From Malacoraja senta (Eukaryota): 64,000 nt of DNA. Numbering within the stretch: position 1 is the stretch's first letter; the number at the start of each line of letters is the position of its first letter. The stretch is from NCBI GenBank assembly GCA_038087875.1, contig CM075989.1:16308001-16372000 (forward strand). The letters run 5' to 3'. Below are positions 12,091-25,865 of the stretch, piece after piece. Under the pieces are notes generated by a model. The model worked only from the letters and a program-made list of their open reading frames with translations, was not told the DNA's origin and searched no databases. The position numbers were made by a program, and so were the translations under genes.

Positions 12091-13279
12091 CGGGTGCTGT
12101 CTGTGTGGAGTTAGTATGTTCTCCCTGTGACTGCGTGTTAATGCTTAATTGTATTGTGGCTAATATATACATAAACCTTTTATACCAATGGATCCAGTTT
12201 TAAAAATGTTATGCATCAATATTTTGGTTGTTTTGCACTTTTTCTTCTTGTTTTGGTAGTGCAATGATTAAGTTATTGGATGAACATCCAGAGGCTGAGG
12301 TTTCTGTTCCAGATGCTGAGGAATTTAAACCCAAGTTTAGTGAAATTTGGAATTCATAAAGGATTAGCTTTGTCATATACAAAATATATACATAAATAAC
12401 ATTGGTTTCATTAAACTTCAGACGTGCCCAGTCTGGTCTGTATGTGATAGCCCACAGCAATATGCTTGACTCCAACCCTTGTATCATTTGGACTTGACAC
12501 TGCAAAGTGTGTATTTCTACGCTGGGTAAAGCTGATTTCTTGATTTACAAAGTTTTAATTTTGTGATGTTTTGAAATGTGTGTAATGTTCTGACCTGTGC
12601 TTTGGGATTGGGGGGGTGGGGGGGGGGGGGAAGAGAGATTATCAAAATTAATTAACTTGGAAGTAAAAGCCTGCACTTACAAAAGCGTACAGAACTTTTA
12701 TAGTAGAGAATTTTGCAGCCTGCTTAACAATTTAAAATTGCCACCTTGGCTCATGTCAACTTGCCTTTGTTTCAGAAAGGGGTGGCCCGTGAGTGAAAAT
12801 GGCCATTAATCAGATAGAAAAGAAAAATGTTAGGTTAAAGAAGAAATATGTTCTAAACTCATTTTGTAGATGTGACAAGGCCCTCCTTAAATTTCAGAGT
12901 ATGTTGAATTAAACCTTGATAGGCTGCTGAATTTCTTATAAAACAAAATTTTAATGTGTTGTATTGTGGTCCTTGCAAAATGAATGGCAAGTTTGATATG
13001 TATGAATTTAATACAATTAACTGGTTTAGAAAATTGCTAGTAGATTTCACACTCAGCTGACAAAGCAGAATACTGATTGGTTTCACATCTCAGCCAAATG
13101 TTGACTTTTCTAGCAGTTGCATTTCCCAAATTCTCGAGTGATTTTCTTAATCCTCACAACATTCTGAATTTGAGTTGAAAATACAACCATTAGACAAAAT
13201 TCGTAAAACAAGTTTGCAATGTGGAGGTTGGTTTAGAAAAAGTTAAAGTAGCTCTGTCATGCTCCTATGATTTCTGTGT

Positions 13280-13410
13280 AATAAAAAGGAACTGCAGATG
13301 CTGGTTTATACCAAAGGCAGACACAAAATGCTGGAGTCACTCATCAGGATAGGCAGCATCTCTGGAGAAAATGGATAGGTGACGTTTCAGATCGGGACCC
13401 TTCTTCAAAT
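13280..13410 (-). mobile_element. Penelope-type short element, variant hammerhead core
   Basis: The - strand reads TTGAAGA-A-GGGT-CCCG-ATCT-GAAAC-GTC-ACC. Confidence 0.65.
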
Positions 13411-14328
13411 GGTTTCCTTTGCTACTTTTAATCCGTACCCATTTATACTTGTTCAAATATTTTACTCGAAAATAGCATTTCTTGAAGCAGGATGAACACA
13501 TGCATTGCTGTCAGTGACTTGCTTTTGACCTTTTTAAAACTCCTTAAAGTGGTTAGTTAAGCATATTCAAAATGTTCCCAATTCTACTCATAGTCTTAAC
13601 ATTATCAGCTGTGTTTCATCACCACCTACCCAACAAGTCGTCCAGTCATGGATATTTTTGTGTTCTAACTTGTTTTAGTACATGCTTTCACCCCATCTAA
13701 ATGAGAATAGCAATGTGCTATTTGGACTCTGGCCCATTTGCCTTCGCACTGCGTTAGTCAAGCAGTTATTTGCTTTTTGATTCTAGAAAATGTAGACAAG
13801 TATTGGAATTCACACTACAAATGAGTTTTTTCCAGTATTTTCTGATTGTGTGTATCTGCAATCCCCACAGTGACTGAGTGCATTCTGTCAGTGGGGGCAC
13901 ACTGAAGAGCTGCACGTGAGTCACAACAACAGCCGCAGTACCGGTGAGGAAGGGCTGGCTGGTGCAGACCAGCTGCATCGATACCTAGTTTTAAAGTGAA
14001 ACTCTGCAATGTGCTGGAGTAACATAGCCATGTGAATCAGTCTGAGGAAGGGTCCCGATGTCACCTATCCGTGCTCTCCAGTGATCCTGACACTGTGCGT
14101 CGTTAATTCTTTCACATCAGAGGGACGAGATCAGAAAGAGCGTTCACCACACGCATTGCATTTGTGGCCGCTATGAGAATATCAACTGAGCTCTCAATTT
14201 TGTCTGGATTATAGGGGTGGGCGAGCCATCAGTTGCCAGATAATCCGTGTTCAACCTTGCAGAAGTGAATGATGTCACTGGCTATCTTATTCTAGAGCTG
14301 AATTACTACACATGCTATTACTATGCTA

Positions 14329-16669
14329 CAGTGCCCTCCATAATGTTTGGGACATGTATTTATTTGCCTCTGTACTCCACAATTTGAGGTTTGTGATAGA
14401 AAAAATCACATGTGGTTAAAGTGCACATTGTCAGATTTTATTAAAGGCCATTTTTATACATTTTGCTTTCACCATGTAGAAATTACAGCTGTGTTTATAC
14501 ATAGTCCCCCCATTTCAGGGCACCATACCTGCGAAGCCAGGACACATTGCTTCACAGGTATTTGTAATTGCTAAGGTGTGTTTAATTGCCTCCTTAATGA
14601 AGTTATAAGAGATCTCTCAACACCGAGTCTTTCCTCCAGTCTTCTCAGCACCTTTGGAAACGTTTATTGCTGTTTATCAACATGAGGACCAAAGATGTGC
14701 CAATGAAAGTCAAAGAAGCCATTATGAGACTGAGAAACACAAATAAAACTGTTAGAGACATCAGCCAAACAGGCTTACCAAAATCAACTGTTTAGAACAT
14801 TATTAAGAAGAAAGAGAGCACTGGTGAGCTTACTAATCGCAAAGGGACTGGCAGGCCATGGAAGAACGCCACAGCTGATAACAGAAGAATTCTCTCTATA
14901 TTAAAGAAAAAATCACCTGTCCCACAGATCAGAAACACTCTTCAGGAGTCAGGTGTGGATTTGTCAATGATCACTGTCCGCAGAAGACTTCATGAACAGA
15001 AATACAGAGGCTACGCTGCAAAATGCAAACCACTGGTTAACCGCAAAAATAGGACTGCCGGGTTACAATTTGCCAAGAAGTACTTAAAAGAGCAACCACA
15101 GTTCTGGAAAAAGGTCTTGTGGACAGATGAGACGAAGATTAACTTGTATCAGAGTGATGGCAAGAGCAAAGTATGGAGGAGAGAAGGAACTGCCCAAGAT
15201 CCAAAGCATACCACCTCATCTGTGAAACATGGTGGTGGGGGTGTTAAGGCCTGGGCATGTATGGCTGCTGGGCATTTATGGCTCACTTATCTTCATTGAT
15301 GATACAACTGCTGATGGTAGTAGCATAATTAATTCTGAAGTGTATACACCAGCGTTTCTCAACCTTTTTACCCTTGTAGAACCCTTGAAATAATTTTCAT
15401 ATTTCAGGGAACCCCTACCATAAAAATTATTATATATCTTTATTAATCTATTTCTTTCTCTGTCATAAACTTAAAGTTCAAGAGGCAAACATAATATATT
15501 TTAAAATAACTGAAATCAAACTGCATGTTCAAAACTGAAGCAAATAAAGGCAAACAGAACTAACTGTGGGGGAGGGGGAGGGGGGGATGAGAGAGAGTAA
15601 AAACAACACACACAAACTTTTCATGAACTGACAAAAACATAGATAAATAAACTTTTGATAAACTAACGAAAATAAACATAAACATAATTTTTTCAAATTC
15701 ATATAACATCCCCAAATCATGGGTAAAAATGACTAAATAACGTGGGTGAATGAGGGACTGTATCTGTCAGGAAGCACAGACAGGACTTATGGAGACCGTG
15801 CGTGCGTCTGTACGCAAGTGAATCACTTGATGATACACAAATCAGTCACGTACAGCTCCTGTCCACTAAAGGCCGTTTCACACTGGTGCCGTAGAAACGT
15901 CGCTAAATATACGCCGTATAGACGTCGCTAAATACCCAAGAATATTCCAAGACTATGCCATACGTGTTTAATAAAATTACGAAATGAAATTAAACACAAA
16001 AATGACTCAAAAATGCATTTACATATGATTATCACTATTTCTCTCGGAACCCCTAGCGACCTCTAGCAATGCTAGCGTTCCAGGGAACCCCAGTTGAGAA
16101 ACGCTGGTATAGACACATCCTATCTGCTCAAGTTCACACAAATGCCGCAAAACTCATTGGCCAGCGGTTCATTCTACAGCAAGACAATGATCCCAAACAT
16201 ACGAGTTTTTCAAAGCTAAAAAATGGTCAATTCTTGAGTGGCCAAGTTAATGACCCGATCTGAACCCAATTGAGTATGTCTTTTATATGCTAAAGAGAAA
16301 ACTGAAGGGGACAAGCCCCCAAAACAAGCATAAGCTAAAGATGGCTGCAATACAGGCCTGGCAGAGCATCATCAGAGAAGACACCCAGCATCTGATGATG
16401 TCCATGAATCGCAGACTTCAAGCAGTCATTGCATGTAAAGGATATGCAACAAAATACTAAACATGACTACTTTCATTTACATGATATTGCTGTGTCTCAA
16501 ACATTATGGTGCCCAAAAATGGGGGGGACTATGTATAAACACTGCTGTCATTTCTACATGGTGAAACCAAAATGTATAAAAATGGTGTTTACTAAAATCT
16601 GACAATGTGCACTTTAACCATGTGATTTTTTCTATTACAAATCTCAAATTGTGGAGTACAGAGGTAAAT
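14329..16669 (+). mobile_element. Tc1-family (DD34E, IR/DR type) transposon copy 1, degraded, with nested hAT MITE
   Basis: TA|CAGTGCCCTCCATAATGTTTGGGACA left end. Transposase pieces MRTK..., KVLWTDETK, KHGGG, QQDNDPKH and PDLNPIE. Right TIR is truncated. Confidence 0.9.
15350..16106. mobile_element. hAT (Charlie/Buster-like) non-autonomous element nested in the Tc1
   Basis: 14-bp TIR CAGCGTTTCTCAAC...GTTGAGAAACGCTG. 8-bp TSD GTATACAC/GTATAGAC (7/8). Removing it restores the Tc1 sequence gaagtgtatagacacatcc. Confidence 0.88.
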
Positions 16670-18351
16670 CCCACCTTGGCAGATGTGGAATTTAATTTCT
16701 GGTAATTAAAGTAAAAACAAGTTTCTGTAATGGTTTACAGAAAGACTGCTGGAAGAACCCCATGGGTCAAACAGCATCAGTTGGCGGAATGGAATTGACC
16801 GGCTGCAGAATAGCGACCCGAAACATCGACAGTTCTCTTCCCCTCCAGCTGCTGCTCAACCCACTGACTTCCTCTAGCTGTTAGATTTTTTGTTCGGTCT
16901 GCAGTTAGTTTCTTGTGTCTCTATAATGGTAATTATGAAATGCTTGTTTTGGGCTATCTGTGACCCCCTGACCCACTAAAGTAGTTGACACTTCACTGCC
17001 TCCTCAGCTGCCAAGGCAATTATAAAGGTGTGTGTTTTCGGTGTTATCTGCATCCTGTGAGATCTAAATTTTTAATTGTTGAGCTTTATATTTGGCTATC
17101 AGTTCTTTTGGGAACAAATCCTTTGCTTTCCCATGTGCTGTTAAAGTTATGCCACTGACATAAATGTTGGGTAGACTGCAGGTTGCCCAGAGGTATTGGT
17201 GCTTTCATGTTGGGGAAGTGAGTAGAAAATCAGCCAGTAGAGCCATTTTATTGATCGGTACTTGATCACTACTGTTGAATGGTGAAATGATGCACAAGTA
17301 GAGGCTTGAGTTCTGTGAAATAAGCTTCTACAGCTTTGTTTAAATTCAAAATTATTAGTTTCAGTAATACTGGGAAAATAAATATTGACCAGGATATCAG
17401 GATTACTCTTTTTAACAAGAGATTGTTTACTTTCGTATAACTAATAAGGTCTAAGGAACTTTAAATATAAGTTGGCTGAACAGCTTGCAAGTGTACATTC
17501 ACATATAGTTTACCACTATATGCACAGCAGGTTAATGAAGAATGTTAGAACCTACAGATTTATTTGTGCGGCTGGCTTTGTATTTATTTTGCTCTTTTTC
17601 TATTGTCTACTGCAGAAACCTCCAGCTGGAGTGACAGTTCCAAATGAGGATTTTTTTTGTGTGTTTAGTTTTGCATAGGGAGTCGGATATTGAGAACTGA
17701 AGGATACAGAAAAAACAATCCACAGCGTTATCTAGGTTTTAAAGCTATAGCTCTTTCAAATTAGAATGATTTCCAATTTACTTATTTTCTACAATACAAG
17801 TTGACCCACATGAAAGGAGTGTGAGATGGGGAAGTCAGAATCACCAGTTGGCGAAGATGCTGTTGTAATTTTATTATGCTTCACAATTTAAAGATGAAGG
17901 AATCCAAATTGGTTTGTTTGGGATGGCTGCTGTGGAAAGAACCGTTTGTTCTTTCTGGAGCAACAAGTTCAAAAGAAAAGCATGTCTGACAGGATGCCTT
18001 GCATTCCATTCAATGTTCTCTCATTGAGTCAGATTTTTAATTCTCTCTCATTTACAGTTGAGAATTTTTTTTCTGCTGCTCCCATAATTAAAACGGTATT
18101 AATTCATGTAGATTCTAACTTTACAGAAAATTCTAGAGCTGCCCAAAATTGTTCGTAAATTGAGAAACAACTTGGTTTGAGTGCAGGATGCCTATTAGGA
18201 AACCAAATAGCCTAAAGTACTAATGAGTGCAGTCTGGGATTATGTATTTAGCAGTTTAGAAGATGGTCTCATGTGCAGGAGAGAGTCACAAAGCCCTTCC
18301 TAGAAGTTTACATTAAATCCAAATGCACATATTTCAAGCCACCGGGTGTTT

Positions 18352-18608
18352 TAGTCTTGAGCATGGAAACAGGCCCTTTGGCCCACTGAATTGGTGTTGA
18401 CCAGTGATCACCCATACACAAATTCTATCCTGCACACCAAGGGCAATTCACAGAAGCCAATTAACCTACAAACCTACACGTCTTTGGAATGTGGGAGGAA
18501 ACCGTAGAGCCACAGGGAGCCACAAACTCCATACAGACAGCACCCGTAGTCAGATCAAACCCAGGTCTCTGGTGCTGTAATGCATCATCTCTACCATTGC
18601 ACTGCCCT
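18352..18608 (-). mobile_element. HE1-like V-SINE, diverged
   Basis: gcatggaaacaggccc tail and the ccaattaacctacaaacctacacgtctttggaatgtgggagg body. Confidence 0.7.
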
Positions 18609-19744
18609 GTAATGTTATGGGAGGCTAAAACCACAGTGCAAGATTTCAGATTTGTTGCTGAATATACATGGGTTGCATTGAAGCTTGTTCTTCACATTAG
18701 TGTATAATCATGTGGTTAGCTGCAAGTTCCTTAAAATGATGTCCAAACTCTGTGCCATGTTCCAAGATCCCTTTTAGTTTAGCTGCTATGCACAACAAAG
18801 AGATTCTTTAATTTGACCTTCCATCTAATAGTGCAATCTTTCAGAGGCCCAAGGTTTTTGACCTTTCGGCACCTGTTGTATGTGATTTAATTCAATTAAG
18901 TTCAGTCTTCTGTGAAAAAACTGAAAATCATCAGGCAACAATACTATACTTATGGTTTTTCTTATCTGGCCATTGAAACCTTGGATTATACTGGCTATTT
19001 TGCTGATCAAGTTACTTGCCATTATTTTCTGTTGAATCACATAAGGTGTTCCTTAAAAGTCATAATAAACCCAATAGTAATTTTAAAACAATATTACCCA
19101 ATGAGTAGATAAAATATGTACTTGACATAGCTGTATTTAAGGAGAAATGAAATAATCAGAGCAAATGGAATAGAAGGACATTTTAAAAAGATCAGATGAA
19201 GTAGAGTTGGAGGAGGTTTATGATAAACTTCAGATGTCATTTTAAAATAAATCAGCATGTTGTCAGTCATAATTCCTCATGCATCACTGAATCATAAGGT
19301 GGTATGGATTCAAGACTCTCTCCGGAAGTGGAAATGCAACACTTAGACAGACAGAGCAATTCAATGCTGAAGGAACATGGCACTTCTGGAGGTGACATCT
19401 TTTGGATGAGACATAAAACCAAAGCTCTGTCTCTTTCAAATACTAAATGTTCTATGGCGCTGTTTCAGAAGTGCAAAGGGGATTACCCCTGGTGTCTGGC
19501 CAACACACACATACCAATCAATGCCAGTAAAAAAATATTTTGTATCTTGGCATGAAAGCATTGTTATTTGTGGGTACAATTGGTTGCCTCTTTTCTACAT
19601 TACACGAGAGATGGCTTTTTCATTAAAATGAACTTTAGAATGTCCTTAAATGGATTGCGAAAGTTGCTCTGTAACTGCAAGTTCCATCTTTAATATATAG
19701 AAATGTTTGCAGTTATTTTTTTTGATGTAAGAAAATTGTCGGTT

Positions 19745-21740
19745 TGACACAATACGATACGATAGAAGTTTATTTATCCCAGGAGGGAAATTGATCTGCC
19801 AACAGCCATAAAACACAAGATACATGAAACATGAAATTAAAGTGATGAGTGGAAAGGATTGGGGGGATGTGCAAAGATTTGGGGGTGGGGGGGGGGGGGG
19901 TGTGGTGGTCTGTACTGCATGTTGGTGGAACCAGTCTGTTGCCAAAGGTACTCCTCAGGTTGACCAGTGTGTCATGGAGGGGGTGAGCTGTATTGTCCAA
20001 GATGCTCTGCAGTTTGAGGAGCAACCTCCCCTCCAAGACCACCTCCCATGAATCCAACTCCGACCCCAAGGACGGAGCCAGCCTTCCTGATGAGCTTGTT
20101 AATCCTGTTAGTGTCAGCGGCCTTCGCCCTGATGCCCCAGCACACACAACAGCAAATAAAGATGGTACTGGCCACCACCGATTGGTAGAACATCTGCAGC
20201 ATCTTAGTGCAGACGTTCAAGGAGCGGAGCCCTCTCACAAATTACAGCCGGCTCTGTCCCTTCTTGTACAGGGACTCAGAGTTCCTGGACTAGTCCAGTT
20301 TACTGTCCAGGTACACTCCAAGGTATTTGAACTCCTTGGTAAATTGAACATCCACACCATTGATGGAGACAGGGTACAGGGGTGTTCCTTTCCTCCAAAC
20401 GTCCACCACTAACTCCTTAGTCTTGTCAGTTTTGAGCTGCAGGTCATTCAGCCCACACCACATCTAAGTCGTTGACTACACCTCTGTATTCAGCTTCCCT
20501 CCCCTCACTGATGCAGCCCACAATTACAGAGTCATCCGTAAACCTCTGCAGGTGGCAGGAGACGGAGTTATATCTGAAGTCCGAGTTGTAGATGGTGAAC
20601 AGGAAGGGGGAAAGGACCGTCCCCTATGGGGCCCCTGTTTTGCTCACTACCATGTCCGAGACACTGTTCTGTAGCCTGACATACATACTGTGGTCGTCCA
20701 GTCAGGTAGCTGGTGATCTAGGACACCAATGGAGCATCCACCCGCTTCTTCATCAATTTGCAGGCCGGATGGTGTTAAAAGCACTGGAGAAGTAAAAAAA
20801 CATGACTTGCAGTGCTTCCCGGCTTATCCAGGTAAGCATAGGAACGATGGAGCAGGTGGATGATGGCGCCCTCAACGCCATCTTTGTTTGGTAAGCGAAC
20901 TGCAGGGGGTCCAGGTAGGGTTTAACCATGGGGTCGCAGGTGAGTGAGCACTAGCCTCTCCAGGGACTTCATGATGTGTGAAGTCAGTGCCACCTGTCTG
21001 TAGTCATTGGAGGAGCTGGGACGCATCCTCTTTGGTACAGGAACCAGGCAAGATGTCTTCCACATCACAGGCTCAGGTTGAAGATACGCTGGAGTAGGCT
21101 CAGGTTGAAGAACCTCTCTAGGCTCAGGTTGACGATATGCTGGAGTAGTCCGTACAACTGGCTGGCACACTCCTTGAATACCCTAGGGCCAACACCATCG
21201 GGGCCCGTGGCTTTGCATGGGCGGAGTCTGCTCAGCTCTTTCCTCACCTGCTCAGCCTTGATGGTCAGGTGCAACAAAGAAAGGGCAGAGGCAGTGGACC
21301 AGGGGGATTGAGGGGGAGAGTCTGTCGGGGAGCAGGGGGGTGGGTGGCCAGAGGCCCCTCCATCAAATCTATTTAAAAACAGGTTTAGCTCATTGGCCCA
21401 GTCCTGATTGCTTTCCCTCCCCAGACCACCGGTCATCTTGTAGCCTGTAACGCTCCACACATCCCTCGTGTTCTGCTGAAGTTTCAGCCGCAGCTTCCTC
21501 CTGTAGTCGTTCTTGCCTTGTCTTAGTCTCGCCTTCAGATCTTTCTGTACCCGTTCCACCACCTCCCTGTCAGCATTCCTGAAGGCCCTCTTCTGGTTGA
21601 GAAGGGCCTTTATGTCACTGGTGACCCAGGGCTTGTTGTTTGGGAAATAGTGTACAGTCTCCTCAGGGACAACGTTATCCACACAGAAGTTTATGTAACT
21701 GATAACACAGTCCGCGAGTCCATCCTGCCTGGCTCCTGTA
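19745..21740 (-). mobile_element. Rex1/Babar-clade LINE, 5'-truncated, degraded RT
   Basis: PNNKPWVT, KATGPDGVGPR, WKTSCLVPVPK, NDYRQVALTSHIMKSLERLV, MFYQSVVAS and HPLHDTL motifs. Tail ...gggataaataaa followed by (tatcg)n. Confidence 0.88.
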
Positions 21741-21959
21741 CCAAAGAAGACATTTGTTATAAAATGTAGGAATTTATGTGCTCTGAAGTCTAAGTGGGAA
21801 CTAATGTTTTTAAATATCAAAATATGTTGACTGTGAAGCTTAAACCTTTGTGATGCTAGCTTTGTCCTAGTTGCAACATGTACGGAAATTGCTCTACACA
21901 TTTTTTCAGGGTTAGATCGGACTGCAATCATGGCTCAGTTCTCTGAGGATATTTGTTTT

Positions 21960-22670
21960 CAGATTCAGATTCAGATTCAGAAAACGTTATTGTCTGTTGT
22001 AACAGAAAATCTTCTTTGGCGTGGCTCAACATACAAACAGGACAATGTACTGATAAGCAGTCATACAACACAAGATTTCTGCGAGCACACACCGTGTGTA
22101 TAGATCTTAAAAGCAAGTATAAGGATTAAAAACTGTAAAAATAGACAAAATGAAAGTTGTGGATACGTGTAAAGTGACAGTGCATCAGGGTTAATTTGTC
22201 CATTGTTCATTTTTTATTTAAGCTGTTTATGGCAATGGGTATGAATGAGTTTTTGTGGATGTTTTTCTTAGATAGGGGGACTTTATATCGGCGGCCTGAT
22301 GGCAGAAGTTGGAAGGACTTGTGCAGGGGGTGGGTGGGATCCTGTGTAATGAGGTTGGCTTTCCTTTTAACTGCCTGGGTGTGAAGTACTGATAATTGAT
22401 TTTGAGTTTTGCCAGTTATTTTGCTTGCTTGATTGATGATCCGGGAAAGCTTTGATTTGTCTTTGACAGAGGTGAGGGTGAACCAGGATGTGATGTTAAA
22501 GGTGAGTACAGATTCTATAAGTGATTTATAGACAGCTGTTAAAATGTCCTGTCTGACATCAAATCTCCTGAGTTTCCTCAGCAGGAACAGGCGTTGCTGT
22601 GCCTTCTTGTACACAGAGTCTGTGTGCTGGGAGAAGGACAGGCGGGTGTCAATGTCTGTGCCCAGGTATC
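21960..22670 (-). mobile_element. Rex1/Babar LINE 3' fragment
   Basis: KKAQQRLFLLRKL...HPLHKSFQLLPSGRRY with a (tctgaa)n tail. Confidence 0.82.
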
Positions 22671-23161
22671 TAATGGTAATGTTGAGTGTACACAGCTTAT
22701 TTTATACCAGGACTGCTATTGTCTCTTCAATTGATTTCAGCATAAGGCTACAAATAGCAGAGAATGAAAAATAATAACAGCAGATGCTAGAAATTTTATA
22801 TTAAAAAGAGAGATTGCTGATGTCATTCAAGTCAGGCAGCATCTGTGGAAGTAAAAACAGTTAAGGTTGCAGGTCAAAGGCCTTTTACCTGTTCAGATTT
22901 CTCGCAGCTACAACTAGTAAATATGGTTAGAGTATGATCTCCAATGTGATGCAACTTGTAGCTAGTCACATAACAATACATTAAAGATTGAATATTATTC
23001 TCTTTAATTTGATGGAAAGATACTTAGCCAATGTCAGTATTTCTCAGGTTCATAGTTTCGATTATTTTTTATTTTTCCATCAAATGTGAGCAATGTCATG
23101 GTGCCACCTTGATTTTAGTTAAGTCCTCTGAGTAAGCTGTGGAGATTACATCTATGCTATA

Positions 23162-23330
23162 TCTATATTACTAAAAGTCTGATCTTGACCACTTCCTGTT
23201 CTGCATATTGATTTTAGAAAAAACGCTGCCACTTACGGCTGTGATTTTTGGCCATCTTACTCAGTAGGTACGCAGGACAAGAGGATTTTTCCCATCGATG
23301 AAAAATAAAAGAGTTATTAGTGTTTAAAAG
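23162..23330 (+). mobile_element. Possible Helitron-like 5' terminal fragment
   Basis: Begins A|TCTATATTACTAAAA, typical of Helitron 5' ends. No 3' hairpin or CTAG is seen and a CR1 fragment follows. Confidence 0.3.
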
Positions 23331-23530
23331 AGAGTTGTGAATTTGTGTAATTCTGCCTCAGAAGGGAATGGAGGCCGATTCACTGGATGCATTTAAAAGA
23401 GAGTTAGATAGAGCTCTTTGGGCTAGCGGAATCAAAGAGTATGGGGAGAAGGCAGGAATGGGATACTAATTGTGGGTGATCAGCTGGCTCGAAGGGCTGA
23501 ATGGCCTACTCCTGCACCTATTGTCTATGT
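23330..23530 (+). mobile_element. CR1/HER1 3' fragment
   Basis: Same 3' region as 5690-5920 (gaggccgattcactggatgc...gaatggcctactcctgcacc). Confidence 0.8.
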
Positions 23531-23531
23531 A

Positions 23532-24110
23532 CAGTGTCCTCCATAAAGACCCATAATTTATTTGTTTAAGAAGGGACTGCAGATGCTTGAAAAATCAAAA
23601 GTAGCCAAAAAATGCTGGAGAAACTCAGCGGGTGAGGCAGCATCTATGGAGAGAAGGAATAGGCGACGTTTCTTCTGAAGAAGGGTCTCGACCCGAAACG
23701 TCGCCTATTCCTTCTCTCCATAGATACTGCCTCACCTGCTGAGTTTCTCCAGCATTTTTTGGCTAATTTCCATAATTTATTTATTTTCCTCTGTACTCCA
23801 CAATTTGAGATTTGTAATTAAAAACAATTACATGTGGTTAAAGTGTACATTGTCAGATTTTATTAAAGGCCATGTTTATACATTTTGGTTTCATCATGTA
23901 GAAATTACAGCTGTGTTTATACATATTCCCCCCATTTTAGGGCACCATAATGTTTGGGACACATGGCTTCACGGGTGTTTGTAATTGATCAGGTGTGTTT
24001 AAATGCCTCCTTAATTCAGGTATAAGAGAGCTCTCAGCACCGAGTCTTTCCTCCAGCCTTTCCATCACCTTTGGAAACTTTTATTGCTGTTTATCAACAT
24101 GAGGACCAAG
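23532..24110 (+). mobile_element. Tc1 copy 2 (left TIR, 5' UTR and start codon only)
   Basis: TA|CAGTGTCCTCCATAA start. Matches copies 1 and 3 up to atgaggaccaag. Confidence 0.85.
23564..23769 (+). mobile_element. Penelope-type element in inverted (fold-back) arrangement with intact hammerhead core, nested in the Tc1 TIR
   Basis: Arms 23602-23672 and 23695-23765 are reverse complements with 2 mismatches. Core CTGAAGAAGGGTCTCGACCCGAAACGTC at 23675-23702. 13-bp TSD CCATAATTTATTT (23551-23563 and 23770-23782). Confidence 0.8.
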
Positions 24111-24393
24111 ATGAATGAAGGCAATTCAAGGGGGAACATCACCACTAAAGCTTGCTGGGATTGAAATGGAGAGAATAAGCTCTGTCATTTCTGATCTCCC
24201 TATCTTTGGCGCTTACTGTTCCAATTAAAGTCCTGCATAAAGTCCTGTATCTCATCTTCCATCCAGAGATGTTAACCTTGGGGCTCTGTTGAATTTGATA
24301 ATTTCCTCACCAGTTCTGATAGAAGTTCATCCAACAACACGGCAGCTGCTATTTTCTGCATTATGCAATTTTAACATGCTGTTGCTTTTTATT

Positions 24394-24399
<6 letters not shown>

Positions 24400-24424
<25 letters not shown>

Positions 24425-25125
24425 GCCTTTATTGTCATTGTACTTAGAAATACAGCAAAATTAGGAAAGATACTCCTGATCAGTGCAACCAAAACAAGTC
24501 CAAACAAGACGAAAACACATCCAATGCATTCAATACGTTATTTAACTGCTTAAAATAGTAGATAAATTAAAATTATCACACCTAGGTAGAACATTGCACT
24601 GGGAGAATATTACACTTTAAAATGTAATAAATACTTTAAAAGAGTTTAAAAAATATATATATATATATATATATTAGCTGAGTGGCCTGTTTTATAGTGG
24701 ATGACAGCATTCTCATGTCGTGTGGATATTTGAGGAATTTAGAGTTCTAATGGCCCAGGGAAAGAACCTGTTCTTGAGTCTGTTTGTCCGGCTTTTGACG
24801 CACCTGTACCGCCTACCAGAGGGCAGGAGGTTGAATAGGGACTGTCCGGGATGGGAGGGGTCTTTGGTTATTTTCCTGGCTCTACAGAGGCACCGAGAGC
24901 TGGAGATGTCTTCCAGGGAAGGCAGAGGGCAGCCGATAATTTTCTGGGCAGTTTTGATCACTCTCTGCCGGGCTCTCCTGTCTGCTGCTGAGCAGCCGGC
25001 ATACCACACCATGGTACAATATGCCAGCATACTCTCGATGGTGGAACGGTAGAAGGTCACCAGCAGCTTCTCCTCTAAACTGTTCTTCCTTAGCACTCTC
25101 AGGAAGTGCAATCGCTGCTGCCTTA
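24400..25125 (-). mobile_element. Rex1/Babar LINE 3' fragment
   Basis: LHFLRVLRK...FYRSTIES...HPGQSLFNLLPSGRRYR...RLKNRFFP. Tail gacaataaagg followed by (tta)n. Confidence 0.85.
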
Positions 25126-25329
25126 TTCATAATTAGACAGATCTGATAACCTACTATTCTAGCATTTTGTGTCTACCTACTATTCTCAGCTACTATTCTT
25201 TTGTCTTTTTTTTTACATGTTACGCTTTGTATAGTCAATACAATAGTATAATAACTGGGTGAGATGACAGGCAGTGGAGAACTGACATCTGGTAAGTTTA
25301 AAAGTAATATGCAGAAACAGAGATAGATG

Positions 25330-25465
25330 TAGAAACAGTGGGAACTGCCGATGCTGGTTTACAAAAAAAGACACAAAGTGCTGGAGTAATTCAGCAGATG
25401 AGGCAGAATCTCTGGAAAATATGGATAGATGACATTTTGGGTCAGGACACTTCTTCAGACTGGGT
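25330..25465 (-). mobile_element. Penelope-type short element, degenerate core
   Basis: The - strand reads CAGTCTGAAGAAGTGTCCTGACCCAAAATGTC. Confidence 0.6.
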
Positions 25466-25865
25466 AGGAGAAACAGATTCAAATGTGTTTCAGTTTGTAA
25501 AGATTCTGGGCCCTGGCTGCGACTGCAAATCCACCTATCTTCCTGATCCCTGATATTTCTGATGCTGACACCGGCTGCAAACCCAGGCCAGTCTCCAGAT
25601 AAGAGAGTGAGTCAGATTCAGATACATTAGGATTTCTGAAAAATCAGATCGCAGATTATCAGTGTTTTACTGTCGATCACACTGAAATCAATTGTCACCT
25701 GGACAATGTTGCTCCATTCTAACACAGTCATAACCTTTGTTCTTGTCATCCATCTCCTTTTCTGCGTCTTAAAACACTTGGTTTTCCTACTTTTCAGATT
25801 TTTTATAGAAAGTCATCACCCTGACCTGAGAATCTTTTTTTATTTAACATTCCTTAGCTTTTGGT

